20,000 nucleotides of DNA from Catajapyx aquilonaris (Eukaryota). The stretch covers positions 46,152 to 66,151 of the forward strand of contig KZ538505.1 in NCBI GenBank assembly GCA_000934665.2, in the 5' to 3' direction. The notes below the pieces were generated by a model, which was not told the origin of the DNA, did no database searches, and was given only the letters and a program-made list of their open reading frames with translations. Below are positions 10,508-20,000 of this stretch, piece by piece. A program made the translations under genes and the position numbers. How positions within the stretch are numbered: the stretch's first letter is position 1; each line of letters opens with the position of its first letter.

Positions 10508-10908
10508 CTAGAGCAGATGATGGAAAATGCCTTTTCAGCATGAGTCTTGAAAACTCAGCCAGATTGGTGCACGCTCGTGCATAGTTGCTAAGTGCTGCAG
10601 AGGGCCAGGGTGCCCTGAGAAGAGGAGCAAGAAGTCCCACTATGTAAGCATCCAGTGAAGTAGCTCCATAAGTGGAAAAGTGGGAGCGAGAATCTAGTTT
10701 CCAGGAGAGAAGAGTGAGGCACTTCTCTGCCTGATGTAGGGCCAACGTCTCCTGCTCGGATGGTGACACAGTATTTGGGTAGAGGCCCTCCATTAGTGCT
10801 TGGGTCTGCCTCTGGTAACTACCTGGATAGTAGTAGTTGCAGGGAAAGGGAAGTGCTTTGGCATACCAGGGTCGAATGAGTTCTGTGTAGTTGCGTTCAT
10901 CTAACCAT
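10508..10908 (-). CDS. MTX1: Metaxin exon 4
   Basis: Acceptor cttttag| and donor G|gtatgg. Translates RWLDERNYTELIRPWYAKALPFPCNYYYPG...AEKCLTLLSWKL...TSLDAYIVGLLAPLL (GST-C-like domain). Confidence 0.94.
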
Positions 10909-10985
10909 CTAAAAGTGGGAAAACAAAAAAATTACATATCCATCATCATCAACAACAACAATAATATAATGTTATGGAAGGAAAA

Positions 10986-11340
10986 GGAGACGGAGTGGCG
11001 CCGCGGTAACGTGCGCGCCCACGGATGTTAAGGTCCCGGGTTCGATCCCCGCCCGGGGACACCCCCTTCATCTCGTGCAGAGTTCTGGGGTCGTCTCTGG
11101 CTTCGTCTCGGGTGGTATATCCACAGACTAAACCACCCGGGGGAGTTCACAAAAACGACCAAGCACCGTTACCGCACTGCACTTGCACATCCCCTCCTGT
11201 CATCCTGCCCGTGGGCCCGGGCTTTCATTAAATAGGCACCATGTACTTAACATCTCAAAATACAATAAAGGTCCATGCTATATACCCCGGTAGGGGTGAA
11301 AGCATTACCCACAAATTATTATTATTATTATTATTATATA
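10986..11340 (+). mobile_element. tRNA-derived SINE, full length
   Basis: A box TGGCGCCGCGG (10996-11006), B box GGTTCGATCCC (11039-11049), (ATT)n tail, and perfect 14-bp TSD ttatggaaggaaaa (10972-10985 and 11341-11354). Confidence 0.93.
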
Positions 11341-11395
11341 TTATGGAAGGAAAACAGTGCTAATGAGAATGAGGCAATAACTTCTAAAATATTAC

Positions 11396-11499
11396 CGTAA
11401 ATATAGCATTGCTGGCCATAACTTCTCTTCAAGAAGGTTAATGTAGGCTACAATTTCTGCCTTCTGCTCATTGGTGAGTGACATGTCCGTGCTATAATT
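11396..11499 (-). CDS. MTX1: Metaxin exon 3
   Basis: Acceptor ttccatag| and donor CG|gtaata (phase 2). Translates NYSTDMSLTNEQKAEIVAYINLLEEKLWPAMLYL. Confidence 0.92.
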
Positions 11500-11712
11500 C
11501 TATGGAAGAAAACAACAATGAAATATTAATACGCACGTCAAAATATTCTCAGTGAAATTGATTACATATATGATCCTTGGTTATGCATGAATCAGACTTT
11601 ATGCCAGAATCTTGTCCATGGATCAAGGTTGAAAATACTGGCTTATTATCTTTCATGCCATTCAGCAGTCATATTTACATCTGATCAGATAATTAAGGGC
11701 TGGGTGCATCAA

Positions 11713-11856
11713 GCTGTGTTTACATGTGAGCAATTTATCAGTGCTGTTGCAGTGATGAGACTAATTGTTTGGGGCTAAAATATATTGTTACCACGATGGT
11801 TACTTTCGCTCAGCGATGTACAATGCTGCAACATCACTCGCAAGTAAACGTCGCTT
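11713..11856. mobile_element. Degenerate MITE related to the 1415-1580 element
   Basis: gtttacatgtgagcaattt ... cactcgcaagtaaac termini and a similar central aaaatatattgtta. Confidence 0.55.
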
Positions 11857-12036
11857 CATGTATAATTGATCACGGGGCCAGGGTTACTGACCCCACCAGC
11901 TGGGGTTGAGAGCTCTGCCAACAGTCAAATAACGCTCAATCATGGATCCCCTGTTGAGTCGCTTTCAAGCAATGCATTTGAACAAATGCATAAAGGTACC
12001 ATGCATTTGGAATAAATGAAGAGAGGAGGCCCCCAC

Positions 12037-12183
12037 CTTCTGCTTCAGGTAAGCCACAAATTCCTGGAAGTCTGAGATGACCATCTTGTTGTGAACGAAA
12101 ACAGGCAGTTGACCAGTGGGTGAGCGGAAGGGGTTGTTGGTGATCCTCACCTTCACTGGTGCCCCACACAACTTGGCGTACGT
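12037..12183 (-). CDS. MTX1: Metaxin exon 2
   Basis: Acceptor tttacag| and donor AAG|gtgggg. Translates TYAKLCGAPVKVRITNNPFRSPTGQLPVFVHNKMVISDFQEFVAYLKQK (GST-N-like domain, NP..SP.G.LP motif). Confidence 0.93.
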
Positions 12184-12250
12184 CTGTAAATAATGTTAAT
12201 GGCACAGTGAGATTCTACCCAACATTCTTTCGTTACAGCTCATGACTTGC

Positions 12251-12331
12251 CATCATCTGCAAGGAGCGAGGGTCGAACGAGGGCAGGCCCCAGTCCCCAC
12301 CCCACACCTGAAGCTCCATTCCTCCTGACAT
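12251..12331 (-). CDS. MTX1: Metaxin-1-type mitochondrial outer membrane protein, exon 1
   Basis: MSGGMELQVWGGDWGLPSFDPRSLQMM matches the metaxin N-terminus (MEL..W.G.WGLPS.D..SL). Ends at a GC donor, ATG|GCAAGT. Confidence 0.9.
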
Positions 12332-12650
12332 GGCCGGTATGTTGCGGTCAGCCGGAATAATCAGCTACGGCCACGCTTTCCCGGGAAAACCCAAGATAAG
12401 AGAAAGGAAAATAGAAAAATTATTGTCCACACACCTCACGAGGACACTTTCCGAGCCGTGGCTGGAGATGTAAACATGTACGTGAATAATGAATATTGCG
12501 AAAGGAAGTGCATGACGTCACATGCCTCTAGCCGAGTTTTCCAGACGCGCCCGGATAGTTTGGTGCCAAATTTGGCGAGTTCTTACGTTCACGCAGTTCG
12601 GCACGTCCGACTTGTGCTCCATGTATTTAAAAAAGTGTAAGGACCGTGGT
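12332..12650. promoter_or_regulatory. Putative bidirectional promoter between metaxin (-) and the unidentified gene (+)
   Basis: CpG-rich. Contains palindrome TTTCCCGGGAAA (12377-12388), GTAAACA (12470-12476), GGAAGT, and the CRE TGACGTCA (12513-12520). Tandem gtaagg donors at 12637 and 12649 suggest a + strand non-coding first exon. Confidence 0.5.
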
Positions 12651-13745
12651 AAGGACCATATCGCGGGACCTGTATGTAATAAACAGGCATGCTGTTTCCA
12701 TGGCTGGAGGTTTTGTTTGGCTTGATTTTGCAATGGATACTGGATAGTCAGGAATGCCTTCCGATGTGGCAACGTTGCACGCGTGCCTTGTTCCTTTCTG
12801 CGGCAACTAAACGCACCATGCTTTTGTCCTTCCACATCTGAACGCAAGAGGCGTCTTTCCCGCCGGCGCGAATCGATAGGAATAGCACCGCAGTTTCGAT
12901 ACAACGGAGGGAGAGAGACTATCCGGCGAGCGAGCGAGCGACATCCCGTGCGAGACTTTCTTTCTCCTGCAGCTGGAGAAAGGCTTCCAGAGGGTACTCT
13001 GGGCTTCCCCCCTTCCCGACACCTGCGGCTCTGCCCGGTGCGGTTGCACTGACGCCTGTGCGTGGGTGGGTACGCTGGAGATAAGGAGTTGTACGCATGC
13101 TTTGAGGTGGTATGCCCTGGGGATGCGTTTGACGGGGAATGGAGAGGGGAGGGGGGGGGGGTGACGCGTAAGGAGAGAAGATGCCGCCATAACTCGCAGG
13201 GTGCGACACACGCACAAAAAAAAAAAAAAGGGACGGAGAAGAAAACAAGTGGCACCTCTCACGCCTACTCTTTTTGTGTGCATCTAGTGCAGCGTGGGGC
13301 TGACCAGACTTGAATCACAGTGATTTTTTTGTGATACTTATTGGCTTCTTCTCAGTGGTTGGATGACGTGATAGCTTATCAGTCAAACAACCCCTACAAT
13401 GCTGGGCTCGTGGCTGGGCTAGGCAGACTGCATGTTGCTTCCGTAGAAGATTTCCATATTTGTAGGGGAGTGAGCAGGGCAGGTGCTTATGGCGGCTGGG
13501 TTGAGTGGGCGTGGAATAGCATCCAAGGTGGGAATCTGCAATGGGGAAGATGGAGACATTGCTTGCAGGGGAGCGTTTAGATTTACAGGATACTACAACA
13601 TGCAGTTAGTCCCTAGCTTCCCCTTCACTTGATCAGACCTTCCTCCTTGGCCCTTCCCTAAGGATAGTCGCAAACGGGGGAATTCGGAAGTAACTAGTGA
13701 AGCTGGTGTGCAAGCAGTTCATGCACCGGGATGGGGATTATTTAT

Positions 13746-13859
13746 TGTTCATGTTTCCCAAGTTGATAATTTATGTTGGCCATGTTTTAATAGGTTTTCT
13801 CGTCTCATGAGACTGGGAGGGAGGATGTGATGAATCAGGAGCAAGTTTTGGAAGCTGAA
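13746..13859 (+). repeat. 114-bp direct duplicate of 16168-16281 (intron end plus exon start)
   Basis: Manual alignment: 111/114 identical, no gaps. Confidence 0.95.
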
Positions 13860-14059
13860 GGGGGGGGATGGTGCTGCGCTGTCGTCCCCGTCTATACCCA
13901 ACGAAACTTGTGGCTAAGTGGCCAAACTTGAGTAAGCTCCAAATCCGTATCAGCAGCCAAAATTTTCCTTTGTGCATGTTGTCTATGGGCTATGCCATGC
14001 ACAACATCGCCTGATTTGGACTAGTCCATAGTAAGACTAACAAGTAAGTCGAGGGGTAC

Positions 14060-14112
14060 TTTTCTCTGCACCCCCAAGGTGGCCTTCTCGCACCCCAGGT
14101 TAAGAACCCCAG
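14060..14112. mobile_element. Possible hAT-type terminal remnant
   Basis: gcaccccaggttaagaaccccag resembles the reverse complement of hAT/Charlie-type caggggttcttaacctgggg ends. No partner end found. Confidence 0.35.
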
Positions 14113-14615
14113 TCCTAGAGGAGAGGATGAAACGAGGGGTACAATATGGGTGTGAAACCCCATTTACCTTGTGAAGGAACCATTAAATCGAACTCAACTG
14201 CATCCACAGTCCACACAGTGGCATAGCAGGAAAAGAAGGTACAGCCCAAATCCATGTGACAACTTATCCCAGGGAGATGGATAGGGAAGCAAGGGAGCAT
14301 GTGGAATACTCTTGAAAGGAAATCATTGCAGAATTAATTGCTAGGAGAAAACAAAACCTCTATTAGGATAGTTGACAATGGGATCAAACACAGGTCATAA
14401 CGGGTAACAATGCACGCCATGAAAATAATATGAAAATTTATTTTGTGTCATTCCAGTTGTAATTTTTGTTCTAGTGACAAGAGCCATCTTTATGTTGAGC
14501 ATTCATAATATGACAATGTTTATGTTGTGCATTTTGTGTGGTGTTTTACTATTTCAAACATTTGACATGCATTTCCTACTTGCAGGTGACTTCCATGTCC
14601 ACATGACAATTTTGT

Positions 14616-14666
14616 ATGGTGGAGACAGAAACTCAGAAATCTATGTCATCTTTGGGAGGAGAAATG
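14616..14666 (+). CDS. Unidentified gene, first coding exon (exon starts at 14586)
   Basis: Acceptor ttgcag|14586, in-frame stop before ATG 14616, MVETETQKSMSSLGGEM, donor ATG|gtaatt. Phase 0 joins the 16216 exon. Confidence 0.6.
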
Positions 14667-15270
14667 GTAATTGGTCCTATGGTCATTCAGATGCTATGTT
14701 AGAAGTCTTGTAGGGCGCTCAGAAGGGGAAACAATTATGAAACCAATATACAGGACGTAAATGAAATAAGTAGGCCTACCCATTTTATGAGGAATGATAA
14801 ACTACCTAGAAAGAAACCCTTTTTGCCAATACACTTGATGCCGCAGACTCGTTAAGGGAGCTCTGTAGCAAAAATAAGGTAGAACGTATTCCGTAGGGAA
14901 TTAAATTTTTTGTGGCGAAACACGTTAATACGATGCGATATCAGGTGCCGAATTGCAGTACAGTACGCCACAATTTTAAGGAAGTTATAACGCTCATAGT
15001 TCATGAATGAGATCATTCTTGATCACTGTTGGTGTACTATCCACGCTCCATGGGCCACCGGTACTGGTATGACATCACCAGTACATCAAATACTTTGCTA
15101 CAGTATAGCCTAGTACTTATTTATTGCCATCAAGGCACTACAGTAGCATGGGGCCCCCTATTCTCGTGGGGCCTTCGGGCAACTGCACAGCATACCCATG
15201 AGTGAAGACGACCTTACAACAATAAAATGCATTTAAGGCCTCCTCTGTATCGAATATTCAGGAAATTAAA

Positions 15271-15774
15271 GCCTGTTTTACGAATTCCCTTTTCGCGTTA
15301 TAAAGCGACTTCACACTGGAATTCGTCACTGCATGTGGGTGGGCAGTAGAAAGCCGCTTCCTGCCATGTGTCAATTTATGAAAAGGTTGCCGCTCGCGGC
15401 AAAGTATGAGAAGGTATGGGCAAGTATGAGAAGCAGAGGGTCGGAGATGTACGTGCGCTATTAGTGGCCAGGCGGACAGGGGAAAACATAGGAGGAAAAG
15501 AAGCAAGAAGCAAGACACCGGGGGGGGGGGNNNNNNNNNNTGAGGGAGGCGTGGATGTCACGTGACTTGACGGGACTTCTTCCAACTGGCTCTACGCGAC
15601 GGCATACAGTCGGACTTCTAGATATTTTGAAGTTTGTAGCTGGTGGTTTCGGCAGCAAAACGCGGCTGTGTGCTGCTCGTTGTCATTTAATAAATTGGTC
15701 TGCCGCGCGCGTTGCTTGCAGTCCGGCGTTATGAAGTCGCTTTGTAACACGAAAAGGGAATTCGTAAAACTGCC
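15271..15774. mobile_element. MITE with about 42-bp TIRs and TAA/TTAA-like flanks (contains N gap 15531-15540)
   Basis: gttttacgaattcccttttcgcgttataaagcgacttca / tgaagtcgctttgtaacacgaaaagggaattcgtaaaac. Confidence 0.85.
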
Positions 15775-16215
15775 TTAAGGGTATGATGTGTTTTCATGAC
15801 GCATGACAAACCCTTGTTTTCTGAACATCTGTGGCACCAAGTGTATTGGTGCAAAGTGTTTCTTTCTAGTCTCTTGATCATTCCTCAGAAAATACGGACT
15901 TATTTCATTTACACCCTGAATATGGTAAAACTAATGATGTAGGGAAACTTGTATGGAAAGCAGCGAAGTCAGTGTCGAGTAACTCAAGCTACAGTTCTTG
16001 ACAACTGTATATGATTGTATTAGAATGAAGAACCACAAAATGACACTTCTGAATTCCATTCCATTGAGCATTCCATTGTTTACTCGAGAGGAGGGAGACA
16101 AATTATGATAAGCTTCCGCTTTTGAGCACCTAGTCGTAAAATGTTGGTGGAGCATGGTCATTGAAACTGTTCGTGTTTCCCAAGTTGATAATTTATGTTG
16201 ACCATGTTTTAATAG

Positions 16216-16832
16216 GTTTTCTCGTCTCATGAGACTGAGAGGGAGGATGTGATGAATCAGGAGCAAGTTTTGGAAGCTGAAAAGACAAGTCAAGATGATG
16301 AGAGATCAAGGGAAGAGGTCGTGGAACACGTTGAAAGTGGCAACGAAGAGTCAAGTAATGAGGATGCTGAAGAAGATCAGATGGAGTTAGAAAATACAGA
16401 TCTTGATAAAAACCTGGAAAGAGTGGACTGTGAAGCACTTGAGGAACTAGTAAAAAATGAATCGGAAGGGATAGCCCAGGAGGGTGGAGAAGCGGCGTCA
16501 AAAGAGCAAGAAATAACACAAGCAGTGGTGGAAAAAGACAGGGAGGACTCAACCGAAGTGCAATCACCAGAAGATTATGGTACCGCAGGTCAAGGTGACA
16601 ATTTGGTGGATAAAGATGTTGAAATGGGGGATCCAATGGATCTGCAGTCTGCTGGAGCCAGTGGTACCTCAACTCAAGCAGATGGCCTTGATTCCATGGA
16701 AGCACAAGCCACAGAAGCTAGTGACATTTTCACAACTCAAGAGTCTCGGGAAGAGAACTCAACAGAAGATGACATTGAGAGTATGGAGGAAATCATTGCA
16801 ACTGATTCACCTCGAAAATGTGGCTCAAAAAA
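16216..16832 (+). CDS. Unidentified gene, large acidic (E/D/S-rich) disordered exon
   Basis: Acceptor ttttaatag|16216, 205 open codons (VFSSHETEREDVMNQEQVLEAEK...SPRKCGSK) with strongly biased acidic composition, donor AA|gtaagc (phase 2). Confidence 0.8.
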
Positions 16833-17281
16833 GTAAGCACATTTTAAGCTTCATGATTTTTTACGCGATGGGCAAGAGTATGAAAATGTTTCTTCATTAG
16901 AATTTTTTGCATGACTTGCTAAACCCTATGATTTCGTTCTGCTACCAACATTAGAATGCGTAATGATACAGAATGAGGTACTGTTTAACATGACTAATAG
17001 AAAAGTGGAACAAGATGCAACCTACTTAACCTCTGACCCTCCACTATGCTAGGTAGCATACAGTTGCTTTGGCTCTCTCAATCGACCAACACATTGCAAG
17101 TACCGTACTCTGCTTCTGCTACATAATATACTGCTTCCCTTCCCTCCTCCCAAGGTCCGAATTTTCTGTTGAAATGAGTGCAGCCAAAGAGCACAAGTTC
17201 ATCCATGAGATGTGTAATAACGATTCTGTGCTGGATGCAGACCTGGAACAAATAAAGCATGCCATTACTATATATTCGCAG

Positions 17282-17539
17282 ATCACAGGGAGAAACTGCA
17301 CCTGTTCTCAGTTTAGAAACTGCTGATATATCATATGCGGAGGATTCAGGATTGGATTTGGAATGTGCAGTATCTTCACCATCAGATGCTGTGGACTCTG
17401 CTCCTATTTTGGACATGTGCAGAGCTGATTCTCCATTAGTTGATCCTCTTCTAACATCAGCAGCTACCCATGAAGATGAGCTGGATGCTGAAAAGGAAAA
17501 TTCTCTTCATCTGGGACAGTTTGCAGCTCCTACTGACCT
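17282..17539 (+). CDS. Unidentified gene, acidic exon (5' boundary uncertain: 17155 or 17282)
   Basis: Acceptor cgcag|17282 is in phase 2. Translates SQGETAPVLSLETADISYAEDSGLDLEC...APTD. Donor CT|gtgagt. Confidence 0.6.
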
Positions 17540-17608
17540 GTGAGTATATTACATTCTAAGAGCTAATTTGGCATCTACCTAATGATGTAGTCTCTATGTA
17601 ACTCGAAG

Positions 17609-17718
17609 GAAATCATCAGTGAAAAGGGCTACCAAGAAGTTGAGGTCAAGGAAATCTTTCTACATTGATGGCAGAGACGAAAGGGGCCCACAACATGCAG
17701 AAGAAAATCATTCTTCAG
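17609..17718 (+). CDS. Unidentified gene, basic exon with NLS-like cluster; gene continues beyond window
   Basis: Acceptor cgaag|17609 (or in-frame gtag|17591). Translates KSSVKRATKKLRSRKSFYIDGRDERGPQHAEENHSS. Donor CAG|gtaaat. Confidence 0.55.
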
Positions 17719-18037
17719 GTAAATTTTCATTTTTTAAATAGCCCATGGAAAGAATGAGTTTCTGCTTAGTTTTTGCTGTGAACTTCAGTTTTTAGAAATT
17801 TGTTCATTAAGGTCATAACAAAAATTGAAATTTAATATTGTTGGTAGAGTGAAAAGTAGCATTTAAATTGTGAAATTGTGAAATTTTTGCTATTACAAAT
17901 CACGGGGGCAGTGGAACCCTCAGCTACTTTCTATTAACCTCAACCGTTATATCCTCCTGAGACCCAATGTCCAATATATTGGACATGCGGAATTAATTAT
18001 TTACTGCCTTGCTATGAAGCAGATCTGATAGCACTAA

Positions 18038-18730
18038 CAAGGGAAGTGTCTGTAGGGGTATAGGCCAATCTGCTGAAAAATGACACTTCGGGTAAATCGC
18101 AGGCCAGAAATTTATTGGTGAAAATAAAAAGTGCCAATAGCCAAGCGTTTTCGAGATATGAGCAACGACAGGTGCACTGCAAACCTGCGCGGTGACAAGG
18201 GGTGCATTCGGGGTAAGAAAATATAAACAGTCTTCATGGCTCAGTCTGTAGGGCGTCCGCCTCATGTTCCAAAGTCTCCCCGTTCAAGTCCGCAGGAAGC
18301 GACTTTTTTCCTCCCCGCTCTCATCTCGGAGCATCGTTTTTCTTTTTCTTTTTCTTTTTTTGCCAACACCGTTTATCACCACATATCTTCCCCTTTGCAA
18401 TCAACAGGAATAAAACAGCTTCCTGGGAAGTGCATTACTTTTTTTTTCTTCTGCCGATGCTTACCTACTCTCTCCATAGCTTCATATTTGGAAAAATGAA
18501 TAGTCCCAAGTTCAGTAAATAATTAATAGTTCGTGTCCCTTCATAATTATTTGTATACCTGTACACGCGTTCATTTACAGTTGCGGTTACATTGAGCAGT
18601 TGACACCTATCGTCGCTCATATCTCGAAAACGCTTGGCTATTGTCACTTTATTTTCACCAATGAATTTCTGGCCTGCGATTTACCCGAAGTGTCATTTTC
18701 TGGCCGATACCCCTACAGACACTTCCCTTG
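18038..18730. mobile_element. MITE with about 135-bp TIRs
   Basis: caagggaagtgtctgtaggggtat...gagatatgagc pairs with gctcatatctc...atacccctacagacacttcccttg. TAA lies directly on both flanks. Confidence 0.9.
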
Positions 18731-18853
18731 TAAGTTCGAGTGGTACTCAAGATATGGCGAAAGAGTGAAAACGAACTCCAGTCACTCTGGCAAGCAAACT
18801 TAAGTTAGCAGCCATGACGAAATGGTGGCTGAATCATAACTGACAATTATTAA

Positions 18854-19932
18854 CCATAATAATGTAACGGAGATAGACGTCGTATGTGCCGGCTAACACA
18901 AAGAATGCACCGTAGGTTCAATCAAACAGGTTTATTACAAACTGTCCCAAGCTGGGACTCGGTTACAAGTGATGTCGAGAGGGAAGGTAAGAGCAGGAGG
19001 GCCCTTCCTGAGGGGATCCTCAAATATCATCCTGAGGGGATCCTGAGAGGGGGAAGAAGAACTGGGTCAGCCCAACCCCCTGGTATGTGGGACATCACAA
19101 TAAGACGTTTTTCGCGTTTTTGCAAGGATCTGCAAAAAATTCGCTTGCTTTGTCAATTGGGGGACGAGACTTGAATACATCAGTGAATAAGATCGTCTAG
19201 TGTCCAGGCTTGATCCTGAGGCCAACTATGTGACCCTCCTCTCATACCATGCGCAGTGGAAATTCTCAAATGCACAACAAGGTGGCGCAGGGGGTTTGTT
19301 TCGTGCCTACTCCAATTTTGTGTCACTCTGCCTGCTTGACAAAAAGTGTTTCGGTATGTAGCCTTGGCACCGCTGAACAAAGTAGTACATAAGCACATCG
19401 CATGAATTATGTCACAGGCCTGCTAGGCGTGCAGCAGGGATAAACACACAACCCCTCACGAATGTTGAGCCACAGCTGTTCAAAAGCCGTGCGGGGCATG
19501 CGCCCTCCAGCCAGACGGAGGCCAGCGTTAAAGTGCGCAGATGCCCGCGAGCTGCTAATTGGCATTTACGAACATTATTTATTTATTTTAAAACTATTGA
19601 ATCATATTTTGCACTAATTTTAGGGTGGAATCTCTTGAGAAGGTTTCGGGGCAACTATGTATGCCAAAAATTTGCCGGTCAAGGTCGGATTTTTTTTTTT
19701 TTTGAAGTTTTTTTTAAAGCAGCCACAAAAAGATGATTTCATATAAGTTAATCTGGTTAATCCGGTTTATTTATGCGCGATTTGTAGTCCAAAACTCGCG
19801 ATTTTTTTACGCGAGAGAAAATTTAAAAAGGCACACAGAAACCACGTTGCATAGTGGGAAAACACTATAGTTTCGCCAGCAGAATTTTTTAAAACCAGTG
19901 TCTCAGCATATGAGACGCCCGTCTTATTAGGG
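18854..19932. mobile_element. Non-autonomous piggyBac-like element
   Basis: TTAA at 18850-18853 and 19933-19936. After removing the LTR, the left end ccataataagacg matches the reverse-complemented right end ccctaataagacg (12/13). Confidence 0.75.
18863..19099 (-). mobile_element. Solo LTR (237 bp, Gypsy-like 4-bp TSD)
   Basis: TGTAACG...CATCACA termini, ATAA duplicated at 18859-18862 and 19100-19103, AATAAA on the minus strand (18931-18936), and internal repeat cctgaggggatcct x2. Confidence 0.8.
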
Positions 19933-20000
19933 TTAAACGACAAAAATTAAGTGTAGAAAATGTGGTGTTTATCTTGTCTTAATGCAGAAATAAATTTTAA

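Noticed and set aside
10986..11060. tRNA gene
   Set aside because: It has A and B boxes but no clean cloverleaf, and it continues into a body, tail and TSD, so it is a SINE head.
12518..13313. Long overlapping ORFs (245, 158 and 109 aa) in a GC-rich tract
   Set aside because: They are open in several frames because of high GC and homopolymers. There is no recognisable domain or splice framework; probably a GC-rich repeat or intron.

Overview
Gene-dense, intron-containing animal DNA (probably arthropod; this is inferred from gene style and the TE spectrum) from a gapped assembly. It holds three protein-coding genes. (1) The 3' four exons of Integrator subunit 3 (INTS3, + strand, 146..6187). 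(2) A complete six-exon metaxin-1-type gene (- strand, 12331..6339, about 323 aa) whose first intron is GC-AG and whose predicted last exon ends about 150 bp from the INTS3 stop. (3) The 5' part of an unidentified gene encoding an acidic, low-complexity protein (+ strand, ATG 14616, running off the window), probably head-to-head with metaxin. The introns are packed with non-autonomous mobile elements: several Tc1/mariner- or pogo-type and PIF/Harbinger-like MITEs (two nested pairs), a canonical non-autonomous Helitron, a young tRNA-derived SINE with a perfect 14-bp TSD, and a solo LTR inserted inside the terminal repeat of a piggyBac-like element. I see no convincing novel multi-gene system. 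The best leads are gene-architecture and splicing oddities, a 114-bp duplicated intron/exon junction, and the nested TE structures. All homology calls come from recalled sequences, not from searches.
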